DNA of 46,043 nt. Origin: a virus. Lineage: Duplodnaviria; Heunggongvirae; Uroviricota; Caudoviricetes. Where the stretch lies: the IMG/VR virus record IMGVR_UViG_3300029841_000003; one strand, 5' to 3'. Numbering within the stretch: the first letter of the stretch is position 1; each line of letters begins with the position of its first letter. The notes beneath the pieces were generated by a model. That model saw only the letters and a list, made by a program, of their open reading frames with translations, had not been told where the DNA came from and made no database searches. Made by a program: the position numbers and the translations under genes. Below, piece after piece: positions 1 to 9,404 of the stretch.

Positions 1-1573
1 GGTTTTGCTATTGTTGGAACCGCTTTTCTGATATAATAAATATCAGAAGGGCGGTGTTTTTTATGATGACGAAAAATACAGATAAAAAAAGAGAACAAAT
101 GATGATGTTTTCCATGGATGACATGGTACCTCAAAACCATATGCTGCGATTGATTGATAAAGCAATCAATTGGAATTTTATTTATGATCTGGTTGAAGAA
201 AAATACTGTCCGGATAACGGCCGTCCCAGTATGGATCCCGTCATGCTGATAAAGATACCATTCATTCAGTATCTCTATGGGATAAAAAGCATGCGTCAGA
301 CCATGAAAGAGATCGAGGTAAACGTTGCATACCGTTGGTTTCTCGGACTAGACATGTTAGATCCAGTACCTCATTTCTCTACATTTGGAAAGAATTATAC
401 CCGCCGTTTCAAAGATACAGACCTTTTTGAGCAGATCTTTTCAAAGATTCTGGAAGATTGTATGAAATATAAGCTTGTAAATACAGAACAGATCTTCGTG
501 GATGCAACACATGTAAAAGCCTGTGCAAACAGTAAAAAAATGCGTAAGCGGGTTGCACACGAACAGGCTCTCTGGTATGAAGAGGAATTAAATAAAGAGA
601 TTGAAAAAGATCGTCTGGCACATGGAAAAAAGCCATTAAAGAAAAAAGATGATAACCAGCCACCTGCATCCGGTGGAACCGGAAATGATAAGGATTCTAT
701 ATCTGAAGAACTTCCTGAAGATGTGAAAACACAAAAATGCAGCATCAGCGATCCGGAAAGTGGATGGTTTCGAAAGGGTGAACATAAACACGTTTTTGCA
801 TATGCAGTAGAAACTGCCTGTGATAAACATGGCTGGATCCTTGGATATACAGTACATCCTGGTAATGAGCATGACAGTCGTACTTTTAAAGCATTATACG
901 ATAAGATATCTAAACTGAATCCGCAGATGGTAGTTGCAGATGCAGGATATAAAACTCCGGCAATCGCCCATCGGCTGTTGGAAGATGGAATTCAACCACT
1001 TTTTCCGTATACCCGTCCCAAGACCAAAGAAGGCTTTTTCGGAAAACACGAATTCGCATATGATGAATACTATGATTGTTATATATGTCCGGGAGCACAT
1101 ATATTGACATACAGTACAACAAACAGAAGTGGATATAAAGAGTATAAAAGCTGCGGTGAACATTGTGCTGAATGCCAATGTCTTTCAAAATGCACAGAAA
1201 GTAAGGATCATGTAAAACTGATCACACGTCATGTATGGGAAGAATATATGGAAGTGGTAGAAGACATTCGGCACACGATCGGAAACAGACAGATCTACCA
1301 GTTAAGAAAAGAAACCATAGAGCGGATCTTCGGTACAGCGAAAGAACAGCATGGATTTCGATATACACAGTATGTAGGAAAAGCACGGATGGAAATGAAA
1401 GCCGGGCTTACCTTTGCATGCATGAATTTGAAAAAACTGGTAAAGATCCTGGAAAAACGAGGTTGGAATACAGCCACTTTTTTATATTTTGAGCTAAGAA
1501 CAAGAATAAAATCAAAATTTAAAGAAAAATGGTGCTGGGCATAACACCCAGCACCAAGTTTGTCTACAGTCTG
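1..1573 (+). mobile_element. IS1182-family insertion sequence (left end outside or at the edge of the window)
   Basis: Contains a DDE transposase ORF. The right end TTTGTCTACAGTCTG (about 1559-1573) resembles IS1182-type termini. Orientation is opposite to the surrounding phage late operon. Confidence 0.85.
54..1544 (+). CDS. IS1182-family transposase
   Basis: GRPSMDPVMLIK N-terminal region, IFVDATHVKA, SDPESGW, VVADAGY and RKETIERIFGTAKEQHG motifs of IS5/IS1182 DDE transposases. Confidence 0.92.
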   Translation: MFFMMTKNTDKKREQMMMFSMDDMVPQNHMLRLIDKAINWNFIYDLVEEKYCPDNGRPSMDPVMLIKIPFIQYLYGIKSMRQTMKEIEVNVAYRWFLGLDMLDPVPHFSTFGKNYTRRFKDTDLFEQIFSKILEDCMKYKLVNTEQIFVDATHVKACANSKKMRKRVAHEQALWYEEELNKEIEKDRLAHGKKPLKKKDDNQPPASGGTGNDKDSISEELPEDVKTQKCSISDPESGWFRKGEHKHVFAYAVETACDKHGWILGYTVHPGNEHDSRTFKALYDKISKLNPQMVVADAGYKTPAIAHRLLEDGIQPLFPYTRPKTKEGFFGKHEFAYDEYYDCYICPGAHILTYSTTNRSGYKEYKSCGEHCAECQCLSKCTESKDHVKLITRHVWEEYMEVVEDIRHTIGNRQIYQLRKETIERIFGTAKEQHGFRYTQYVGKARMEMKAGLTFACMNLKKLVKILEKRGWNTATFLYFELRTRIKSKFKEKWCWA

Positions 1574-1589
1574 AGAGCTATTTGATAGC

Positions 1590-3182
1590 TCAATCCTTAA
1601 ATAAACTTCCATATGGTTTCTTAGCTTTCTTAGGTTCAGTAAAACCAATAGCACTAGGTTTCTGCTGATAGTTGAAAGTGCCTTTTTCTTTAACATATTT
1701 ACCTAAAATAGCATCGGCTCTTGTCTGTACTTCTTCTACACTGTAGATAGCCTGATTTTTGATCAGTTCTTTAAAATCTTCTCTATTTTTCAGTTCAGTG
1801 TAAATTTCAGCACCAAGAACAGCTTCTTTATCTTTTGATTCGTACTCATTAATTCTATTCTGAAGAGCAGCATAGTTACTTCTGAGTTCTTCTAATTCAC
1901 TTTTTTCTGAAAGTGTAAGATACTCTTTAAATAATTCTGTTCTTTCATCTGAGAGAGATACTGCATCACCATCTTTTGTATAGCCCTGACGGAAAATTTT
2001 ACTTTCATCCCAGTTGCTATATACAAAATGGTCATCATATGTAGCATTAATAAAATACCATTCATTATCATTTTCTTCCCAAGTAGACAGAAGAGTATAT
2101 AATGCACCTCTTACATCTTCATGACTAATTTCAAAAGTAACTTCAGTATTACCATTTTCTTTTTTTGTATATCTTTTTTTATTGCTAAACTCTGAATTGT
2201 CATTTGATTCTGGATCAGCTTCCGGATCAGCAACTGGTTCTTTTACCGGTTCGTTTGGATCTTCTGTACCTTCGAATAATTCAGCAAACTTAGCCTCTAA
2301 CTCTTCATCGGACATAGACTCATAATCAAAGTCAAGGTCTTCAACAGTTTTAGAGTATTTTTCTAATAATTCATTGAGTTTCAACGTTTGGTTTCCTCCT
2401 TTCGTTGGTTCTTCAATTTCAAACTTAGCAAGAGTCTCCTGCAAAGACTGAATAACCTTTAGTAATTTTTCTTCTGTATTAGTAAAAAGACTATTATTCT
2501 CTTCACTGAAATCAGCAATATCTAATCTGGCACCCTCCATACCTTCTTCAACGGGTTTCTCGGTGATAGGATCAGTGCCTAAACAAGTCACACCATTATA
2601 TCTGAATTTATCTAAGTGAAGCACTTTGTCCTTAGTGTCAAAAGAGAGTTCTGAAATACTTAATTCACAACTTACTTTACTTCCTTGTTTACGCTGAATA
2701 ATTTCACATGCTGGAGCACAATAATCGTTATAAATTACCGCATCGGCAATAACATATGTTTTATCATGATCTTTATCATACTCAAGATGATATCCTTCAG
2801 GATTGACAAAAACACCAATAGGTTGCTCAATGTATGTAATGTTTCCTTCATCATCAAATTCCATAGCATGAGAAGTAAAATCAGTAGTTCCATCAGATAA
2901 AGTGGTAATAGCGGCCAGAACTGGCCTATAGTGTAAAGACGGTAAAGCTTCTAACTGAGCTTCTTCAGATATATAAGATTTATTTCTATTTTCATATAAA
3001 TGATTTACTTTGAATTTAGTTCGTAAAAAACCATCATCTTCATCAGAATCTTCTAATTCAAATTTTGCCGGAACCTGAACTGCAATATTATATCCAGACT
3101 CTTTGGCACTGAATACAGTTGTCTGATTCCTCTGTTCAAAAAAAGAATAGAGATCATCTAATGTAAGTACTTTTTTCTTCAT
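1590..3182 (-). CDS. Phage prohead protease/scaffold protein (SPbeta YonD-like)
   Basis: Lies directly after the portal gene. N-terminal protease-like region (NRNKSYI...VSCEL...GVTCLG...VEEGMEGA) and an acidic coiled-coil C-terminus. ATG at 3182 follows GAAAGGAGG. Confidence 0.7.
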   Translation of the reverse strand: MKKKVLTLDDLYSFFEQRNQTTVFSAKESGYNIAVQVPAKFELEDSDEDDGFLRTKFKVNHLYENRNKSYISEEAQLEALPSLHYRPVLAAITTLSDGTTDFTSHAMEFDDEGNITYIEQPIGVFVNPEGYHLEYDKDHDKTYVIADAVIYNDYCAPACEIIQRKQGSKVSCELSISELSFDTKDKVLHLDKFRYNGVTCLGTDPITEKPVEEGMEGARLDIADFSEENNSLFTNTEEKLLKVIQSLQETLAKFEIEEPTKGGNQTLKLNELLEKYSKTVEDLDFDYESMSDEELEAKFAELFEGTEDPNEPVKEPVADPEADPESNDNSEFSNKKRYTKKENGNTEVTFEISHEDVRGALYTLLSTWEENDNEWYFINATYDDHFVYSNWDESKIFRQGYTKDGDAVSLSDERTELFKEYLTLSEKSELEELRSNYAALQNRINEYESKDKEAVLGAEIYTELKNREDFKELIKNQAIYSVEEVQTRADAILGKYVKEKGTFNYQQKPSAIGFTEPKKAKKPYGSLFKD

Positions 3183-3230
3183 GTTAGCCTCCTTTCTATT
3201 GTGTATTTTTATCCTCATAGAAGAGGAGTA

Positions 3231-3416
3231 CTAACTTGCACAATAAATATCGGTATAAGTTAGCTTGTTTATATCTATATTTACATTTGCAAAAGAAAGA
3301 GATGAACAATTTGCAAATGTATAGATACCTTTAGTATAGCCGACCTGAGGAAAGCCAATAGATTTTAAAATATTTGCTGTTTCCTGGTCAGCAGTTCGGA
3401 TAAAATGTTTGTTCAT
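3231..3416 (-). CDS. Small hypothetical phage protein
   Basis: 61-aa ORF packed between portal and scaffold, with an RBS. Confidence 0.7.
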   Translation of the reverse strand: MNKHFIRTADQETANILKSIGFPQVGYTKGIYTFANCSSLSFANVNIDINKLTYTDIYCAS

Positions 3417-3419
3417 CTA

Positions 3420-4964
3420 TTATCCCTCCTGTTCACTGGACTTTTCTGATTCTCTACTTTTTTCACCTTCATCTGTAAGGTTGTCGGATTGAGGTCTTCC
3501 ACCTTTTGTATCATCTGTTTTACCATCAATAACTTGCTGTGAGGCAGATCCACTCAATGTGAAAGAAGTACTAAAAGGAATCCATGTTTCGTGAAGTTTT
3601 AGAACAGTATTTTCAAGATAATCCATAGATAAAGCTTCAAGAGGTGAGATACCATCAAGAGCAGCAACGGCTAGCTTTACTGGCACACCTCGTTCTCCAG
3701 ATTTCATAAGTTCTTCTTTTTTAGAAGCTTTTGTATAAGGAGATACCTCAAAATATTTTACTCTAGCATGATCATCACCAATAGCAAAAGTAAGATATCT
3801 ATTAACTCGTTCTTCTATCTGTGGAAGGACAGTTTTAATAGCCATCATTGTGTCACAAAGAATAGCAGCAGTAAAAGCTGTCGTACCTGAGACTTTGTCA
3901 TTATCAAGAATCTGTGCACCACCAGAATTTTTAAATAAATTCGAAGTAGCAGTAGCAATTCTATTAACATCTTGAGTCTGGTCACCTTGAAACTCTATAG
4001 GTTCAATTTTAAGAGGGGAGATAGCTGCAGATACACAATCTGGAAGAGATTCAACTAGTCTATTATAATATTCAATGGCTGTATCAATATCTACTGAGAA
4101 ATCATCTGGTTCGTCAGAGTTAGTAAGTGTTTCTAATCTTGCAACCAGAAGTTTATAGATTGATAAGTCATCTTTTACCGACTGAATACTTTGGAGATCA
4201 ATAAGATCAATAAGTGGTTCGAACAAACCAGAAAGAGGTGGCATATTAAGTGTTGGATCATCAATGTTAACTTTAATTACAAAAGTTCTTTCTGGATCCA
4301 ACTCTTGCCAACGAAGAGTATTGTCACTTTGAAAGGAATTGTATTTAGAATTAAATTCAGAATCCCAGTATTCTAAGTCGGCAGTATGACTTCTGAAATA
4401 ACTGAAATCAAAGGCACAATTAAGAGTGCCATCATAATTGACAGAAGATACTTTACAATAATCTCCATCAAGAGGGTAAATGAAGAATCCAGAATCATCT
4501 TCATATGTATAACCATAAAATGTATCTTCACGCCATGCAATCAATAGGCATTTTAAAATCTCTGACTGCATATTCATCTTATCAAGTTGTACTAAAGTAT
4601 TAAAATAACTAGTCTTTATTTTTTCATCGTCATGCGCATCCTCAGTAAAATCTATCTGAGGTATAACATTAAGAGCCGTTAAATCTACCATTTCTGCCTG
4701 ATAGGAGATAAGTCTTCTGTAATTATGAGAAACTCTATATAAGAATCTGCTCAAATTACGAAGGTTAGATTCATTGGTTTTAGGGTTTTGCATATATTGA
4801 CGTAATTTATCTTTACTAAATACAGTAAATGTTCTTGTTTCTGTTTTAGTTAAATCAATAAGCTGTACAGCTTGCTTTACTTGAGCGAATTTTTCTTGTA
4901 ATGCCTGTTGTTTAAGAGCATAATTTTTTATCTCTTGAGTTGTTTTTTCCTCTTTAATAGCCAA
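3420..4964 (-). CDS. Phage portal protein (SPbeta YonE-like)
   Basis: 514 aa, immediately after the terminase large subunit, ends in a GGRP-containing tail typical of portals. TTG start after AGGAGGTGA. Confidence 0.75.
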   Translation of the reverse strand: MAIKEEKTTQEIKNYALKQQALQEKFAQVKQAVQLIDLTKTETRTFTVFSKDKLRQYMQNPKTNESNLRNLSRFLYRVSHNYRRLISYQAEMVDLTALNVIPQIDFTEDAHDDEKIKTSYFNTLVQLDKMNMQSEILKCLLIAWREDTFYGYTYEDDSGFFIYPLDGDYCKVSSVNYDGTLNCAFDFSYFRSHTADLEYWDSEFNSKYNSFQSDNTLRWQELDPERTFVIKVNIDDPTLNMPPLSGLFEPLIDLIDLQSIQSVKDDLSIYKLLVARLETLTNSDEPDDFSVDIDTAIEYYNRLVESLPDCVSAAISPLKIEPIEFQGDQTQDVNRIATATSNLFKNSGGAQILDNDKVSGTTAFTAAILCDTMMAIKTVLPQIEERVNRYLTFAIGDDHARVKYFEVSPYTKASKKEELMKSGERGVPVKLAVAALDGISPLEALSMDYLENTVLKLHETWIPFSTSFTLSGSASQQVIDGKTDDTKGGRPQSDNLTDEGEKSRESEKSSEQEG

Positions 4965-4975
4965 TGTCTCACCTC

Positions 4976-6982
4976 CTAACTAAACATTTTTCTTACTACA
5001 CCTTTACGAATAGGCATAGCAGCAGCTATATTTTCTTTTTTGGGACGTTTCTTATTTTTAATATGTTCTCTACGAAGTTCTGAGAGTCCATAACAGAGCA
5101 TTGAGAAACAATACGAACGATCATCATGCAATTTGTTTTGCTTCTCTGTAGACAGTTCAAAGCCATCTTTACCAGATTCTCGTTTCTTTCGTACCATATT
5201 AACCATTTCCTCCTTTAGCGAGTCGATCTGTACTAGACCAAGTTCCTCATCAGGAGATAGTTTATAAATTTTAGTTGAGGCCAAATTTCTTTCTTGAAGT
5301 TCTTCTTCAACTAAACGATCTAATTCACCTTTAGACATAGATTTATCTTTATACTTAGCAATTAAATCTTTTTTTGCTTTTGCCATTTCTTTTTCGTCTA
5401 TATCTAGCATTGTTAAATATCCTTTATTATCATACTCAGCAGTGAAATCTATGAGATCAAGTCTCATCATTTCAATAGCAGCTTCATAGATAATAGATTT
5501 ATACATAGTAGGCGGTAATAATTTAATTTTATCCACAGCATTAGGAAATTTTTTGACATAATCAGACGACTGTTCTTTATCTATAAGACCTCTATGTAAA
5601 TATTTCTGTTCACCTTCATGTCCTTCTTCATACCAATCTTCCATAAGATAATCTGCAATATTAACACCGGCACCACCAGAACCAGCATCTATAAAGATAT
5701 TACTTATGTTTGTATAGTCATCGACTCCATCACCGTTATAGTCAAGAATCAGTTGTTTCAGTTTCTTGACCTGTTCAGGTGTACGCATAGGAGTTTTATT
5801 CTTTTTACTAAGATCCATAAAATTAATACCATTAGCAATACGCATTCTCCAATTGTCTGAAGAATCTTTATAATATTCTCCAACAAGGACAAAAGAGTTA
5901 TCCATAGATCTAGCTGGATCATATGCTAAGGCAAAAAGTCTGTCTTTTGTATCATTAAACATAATTGGGGGACGGATAGTAGAATTTTTTACTATCATAG
6001 AACGTTTGAAGATGGCATCTGCACCGCCATCAGAAGTGAATATATTGTAATACTCACGAAGAGCTTTTTCTTTATTTTCACGCATTGCATTGTCAACCTT
6101 TTCTTTGGTTAACAGAGATGCTGGATAAATCTTACCTCTATATGTAGCATTAAACATAATTTCACAGTTGATATCTGCTACAAAATGGTCTTTGGAACCC
6201 CAGATCATAGCTTTACTGTATTCTTTATACTTTTTATAAAAGTAAGAATCAGTAGTGCTGGCGCTTGAAGTGTAGAGTAATTGGTTAGGCAATTCTTTAG
6301 GAAGAGTAGTTACATTTACACTTCCACCCATTTTAAAGTTCTTATCCTGAGCTGTATATGGTTCAATAACCTGAAATACTTCTTCGTCCAGGAAACCAGA
6401 TTCATCAAAACAAACTGCTTCCGCACGTTTTCCTCTTTTCGCGTTGACGTTACTGTTAAGTGTTTTAACAAAGCTACCATTATACAATCTATAAGTAAAA
6501 CCTGCAGGATTTCTTATAAAACCATCATTATTGGTCATATTAATGACAACTTCATTCCTGAATACATCAGTTAATCCAGTGAATGACTCAATTTCATTTT
6601 TAGCGATAGATACAATCTTTTCAAAAGTTTCTATGGATTGGTCACTGGTGCCAGCGCATATATAACATCTACAATTATTAAGAAGCATACCTCTTGTCAT
6701 GTAATATAATGCAAGCAATGTCGATTTTCCATAATTTCTGGTACATAACCATAGAGCATACATCTTATCCCAAGAATTCATAAATGTATAGGTCTGCACA
6801 TCAAGAAGGTCAACGCCTATGAATCTTTCCATAAATTTGGTTGGATTTCTTAATCCCCATTGTTTAATTTCAGAAAGTTTCTGCATTCCTTCCATTTTTC
6901 GTTGAGAAATGATTTCTTCTGTAGGCTTAACAAAAATAGTAGGTGTATCTGGAACCCATATACCAGAATCAGTCTGTTTCAT
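4976..6982 (-). CDS. terL: Terminase large subunit (SPbeta YonF-like)
   Basis: Walker A CTRNYGKS, Walker B VCFDESG, coupling motif YTSSA, RNase H-like nuclease motifs AYDPARSMD, IDAGSGG and HDDRS. Confidence 0.9.
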   Translation of the reverse strand: MKQTDSGIWVPDTPTIFVKPTEEIISQRKMEGMQKLSEIKQWGLRNPTKFMERFIGVDLLDVQTYTFMNSWDKMYALWLCTRNYGKSTLLALYYMTRGMLLNNCRCYICAGTSDQSIETFEKIVSIAKNEIESFTGLTDVFRNEVVINMTNNDGFIRNPAGFTYRLYNGSFVKTLNSNVNAKRGKRAEAVCFDESGFLDEEVFQVIEPYTAQDKNFKMGGSVNVTTLPKELPNQLLYTSSASTTDSYFYKKYKEYSKAMIWGSKDHFVADINCEIMFNATYRGKIYPASLLTKEKVDNAMRENKEKALREYYNIFTSDGGADAIFKRSMIVKNSTIRPPIMFNDTKDRLFALAYDPARSMDNSFVLVGEYYKDSSDNWRMRIANGINFMDLSKKNKTPMRTPEQVKKLKQLILDYNGDGVDDYTNISNIFIDAGSGGAGVNIADYLMEDWYEEGHEGEQKYLHRGLIDKEQSSDYVKKFPNAVDKIKLLPPTMYKSIIYEAAIEMMRLDLIDFTAEYDNKGYLTMLDIDEKEMAKAKKDLIAKYKDKSMSKGELDRLVEEELQERNLASTKIYKLSPDEELGLVQIDSLKEEMVNMVRKKRESGKDGFELSTEKQNKLHDDRSYCFSMLCYGLSELRREHIKNKKRPKKENIAAAMPIRKGVVRKMFS

Positions 6983-8181
6983 TCCACAATCACCTCATCA
7001 TTTTCATCAATCAATTTCTTATCTCTGAGGAAATTTTTTAGATCATCGTTCTCTCTACGAAGAATACGTGCTTCTTCAACCGCAGCATCACATTTATTTT
7101 CTAATTCCAACACCTTCTGACGTTGGGTAGATATCATTTCAGTATAGTCATTTTCATCTAAAGCCAACTGTTTCATGATTGCAGCAGTACTGGCTTCCGC
7201 AACCTGAAGCATACCTTGAGAAGTTCCTATATCAAAAGCATTTACTTCCTGTTCACGAAGCTTCATTTCCTTAAGCTCTTTTACTTTCCCGGTCCAGGTA
7301 TTAGCACCTTTAGTATTATGATTGCTATGCTTAATACTAATTCCATTATCACGAGCCAAATCAAGAGTAGTTTTCATAATGTCTTTTTTAGTGGCTTCGA
7401 GAGCTTTGATAGTAGCAGAATTTTTTATAATAGATTCTGGAGTTTTCTGCAGAGCATTAATTACAGTATTGATTTTTTCAGATTGGTTAAGACTATGTAC
7501 AATCTCTACACAGGCACCTAACTTCAATTCATCGTCTTGCGTACTTTCATCGAGGAAACCTACTAATTTTCCATACATTAATGGTTTATCTGCATCAGCA
7601 GCAGATTCGAATGGATCATAACCAAGAGCTGAAATAACAGTTCTTTTATTGGTTTTATACATTTTTTTTACTTCATCAGAGTTATCTACAGACCCAATAG
7701 ACGGTAGAAGAGTAGAACTATTGCCACAATCACCATCTTTCCAAGTTAATGTATTATATTGTGGCATAGATATATTTTTTATATAACTAGTCCAGGTATT
7801 ATTTTTGGGCCGACCAGACATAGTGTTAGCAGCTTCAAGAATAGATTCATCATAAAGCTTTTGAAAGAAAGGTTTGTCTAAATATCTGAGCGCTAACTGG
7901 ACACTCTGTTCATCAGGGGCTTTCTTATTGCCTTTTAAATCTTCAGAATATGCCAACTTTGCTGCACACATTTTACATATTCTTGTCACACCAGTAGTAC
8001 ATAGAGGATCTGTACTTTTATAAAAGTCGGAAGCATCTTTCAGCTTTCCACACATATTACATGTAAATTTAGTACGCCCTACTTCATAGAGAGCTTCATC
8101 AATAGCACGATCAATAACTTTTTGAGCAGGTGCTTTAGGTTTTGCTCTTGGTACAGGCTTTTTTTCAACTTCTTGTGCCAC
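6979..8181 (-). CDS. Zn-finger phage protein, probable terminase small subunit
   Basis: Overlaps the terL start (ATGA). CNMC...CKMC zinc finger and a C-terminal coiled coil. Position matches a small terminase. Confidence 0.55.
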   Translation of the reverse strand: MAQEVEKKPVPRAKPKAPAQKVIDRAIDEALYEVGRTKFTCNMCGKLKDASDFYKSTDPLCTTGVTRICKMCAAKLAYSEDLKGNKKAPDEQSVQLALRYLDKPFFQKLYDESILEAANTMSGRPKNNTWTSYIKNISMPQYNTLTWKDGDCGNSSTLLPSIGSVDNSDEVKKMYKTNKRTVISALGYDPFESAADADKPLMYGKLVGFLDESTQDDELKLGACVEIVHSLNQSEKINTVINALQKTPESIIKNSATIKALEATKKDIMKTTLDLARDNGISIKHSNHNTKGANTWTGKVKELKEMKLREQEVNAFDIGTSQGMLQVAEASTAAIMKQLALDENDYTEMISTQRQKVLELENKCDAAVEEARILRRENDDLKNFLRDKKLIDENDEVIVE

Positions 8182-8233
8182 TAGAGCACCTCCTTTTTAT
8201 CCAATTAAAAAAGATACCGAAGTATCTTAGTAA

Positions 8234-8306
8234 TAGCAGGTATGGGAGTTGAACCCATCTACAAGCCCTATGAAAGCTCCGAGGAACCGATCCTACGTAA
8301 CCTGCG
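8234..8306 (-). tRNA. tRNA with CAT anticodon (Met/fMet-like, atypical)
   Basis: Acceptor CGCAGGT/ACCTGCT with a C1:U72 mismatch, anticodon loop TTCATAG, T-arm ATGGG-TTCAACT-CCCAT. Confidence 0.7.
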
Positions 8307-8447
8307 GTATTTGTAGACTCAAAAGGCTCATTATCTGTTGCAATCAGAGACAAAACCTTCTAATAAACCTAATCCATGCGTATACACATCTCATAGTAAA
8401 ACTTATCTACTTGTTTTATGGAATTTTGATTTAATTTGTCAACCTCA

Positions 8448-8529
8448 TGGGAGAAGAGTGATTCGAACACTCAAAGCAATTGCAACGGTTTTACAGACCG
8501 CCGTAGATCTCCATCTCTACCGTTCTCCC
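8448..8529 (-). tRNA. tRNA-Tyr(GTA)
   Basis: GGGAGAA/TTCTCCC acceptor, GCGGT-CTGTAAA-ACCGT anticodon arm, long variable arm, TTCGAAT T-loop. Confidence 0.9.
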
Positions 8530-8532
8530 GGA

Positions 8533-8616
8533 CGTTGCGTTAGGGATTCGAACCCCAGAGGCTTTTACACCCAGACAGTTTTCAAGACTGCACCCTCGAC
8601 CTACCGGACACGCAAC
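8533..8616 (-). tRNA. tRNA-Ser(TGA)
   Basis: GTTGCGT/ACGCAAC acceptor, GCAGT-CTTGAAA-ACTGT anticodon arm, long variable arm, G73. Confidence 0.9.
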
Positions 8617-8758
8617 ATTAATCTGTCTTTCCAGATTGTTAGGCCGCTCCGCAGCCATTTCCTAATTATAAGTAAAAGGCAGGAGAGTAGTCCTGCCTTT
8701 CAACCGGAATCAATCCGGTTATCTTTATATTCATGATATGCTACAATCACATAACCAA

Positions 8759-8828
8759 GAGTTACATGGTAGGATTTTCACCTACGAATTCCCACAGGAG
8801 GTGGGCTGTAATCTACATATCTTGTAAC
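8759..8828 (-). ncRNA. tRNA-like element (pseudo-tRNA or tRNA mimic)
   Basis: GTTACA/TGTAAC closing stem, CCCAC-CTCCT-GTGGG hairpin, T-arm-like GTAGG-TGAAAAT-CCTAC. No canonical anticodon loop. Confidence 0.45.
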
Positions 8829-8910
8829 GCAAAGCAGAGTAATCGAAACTCAATCCTGTCGGATCACACGACTTAGCAGGTCGGTTCCACACCTTGTGAA
8901 TTTACTTTGC
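8828..8910 (-). tRNA. tRNA-Ser(GCT)
   Basis: GCAAAGT/GCTTTGC acceptor, CGAC-CTGCTAA-GTCG anticodon arm, long variable arm, G73. Confidence 0.82.
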
Positions 8911-9001
8911 AGAATAGGAGGGGGGAGTTCCAGTTCTCCCCAAAGAAACAACTATACGGAAAATGACATTTGAGATTACCCACAACTCTCAAATATACAA
9001 A

Positions 9002-9073
9002 CATCCGGTACGGGGATTGAACCCATGTTACTGCATTGAAAGCGCAGTGTCTTAACCGCTAGACTAACCGGAC
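9002..9073 (-). tRNA. tRNA-Glu(TTC)
   Basis: GTCCGGT/ACCGGAT acceptor, CTGCG-CTTTCAA-TGCAG anticodon arm, GGTTCAATCC T-arm. Confidence 0.9.
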
Positions 9074-9114
9074 AAATCGCCAACCTGGAATTCACCAGGT
9101 CAGCAATTTAATAT

Positions 9115-9387
9115 TTATTTCACTGCATCTTTTAATGCTTTTCCGGCTTTGAATTTAGGTGCAAGACGAGCTTCTGTCATCATAGTTTCTCCCGTCTGCG
9201 GATTACGACACTCTCTAGCAGCTCTTTCAACAACTGAGAAAGAACCGAATCCTGTGAATGCTACTTTTCCTCCGCTTGCCAGTTCATTAGTGATAACCTG
9301 AAGAAATGCGTCAACCATTGCTCCAGTATCTTTCTTTGTGATTCCTGTTGTTTCTGCTACTTTTGTAATAACTTCTGCTTTTGTCAT
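9115..9387 (-). CDS. hup: HU family DNA-binding protein (SPbeta YonN-like)
   Basis: MTKAEVI...GFGSF...RNPQTGE...PKFKAGKALKDAV, the canonical HU signature. Confidence 0.95.
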   Translation of the reverse strand: MTKAEVITKVAETTGITKKDTGAMVDAFLQVITNELASGGKVAFTGFGSFSVVERAARECRNPQTGETMMTEARLAPKFKAGKALKDAVK

Positions 9388-9404
9388 AATAATTATTTCT
9401 CCTT

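Noticed and set aside
8165..8736. ORFs 8165-8353, 8249-8434 and 8338-8736
   Set aside because: They overlap tRNA genes.
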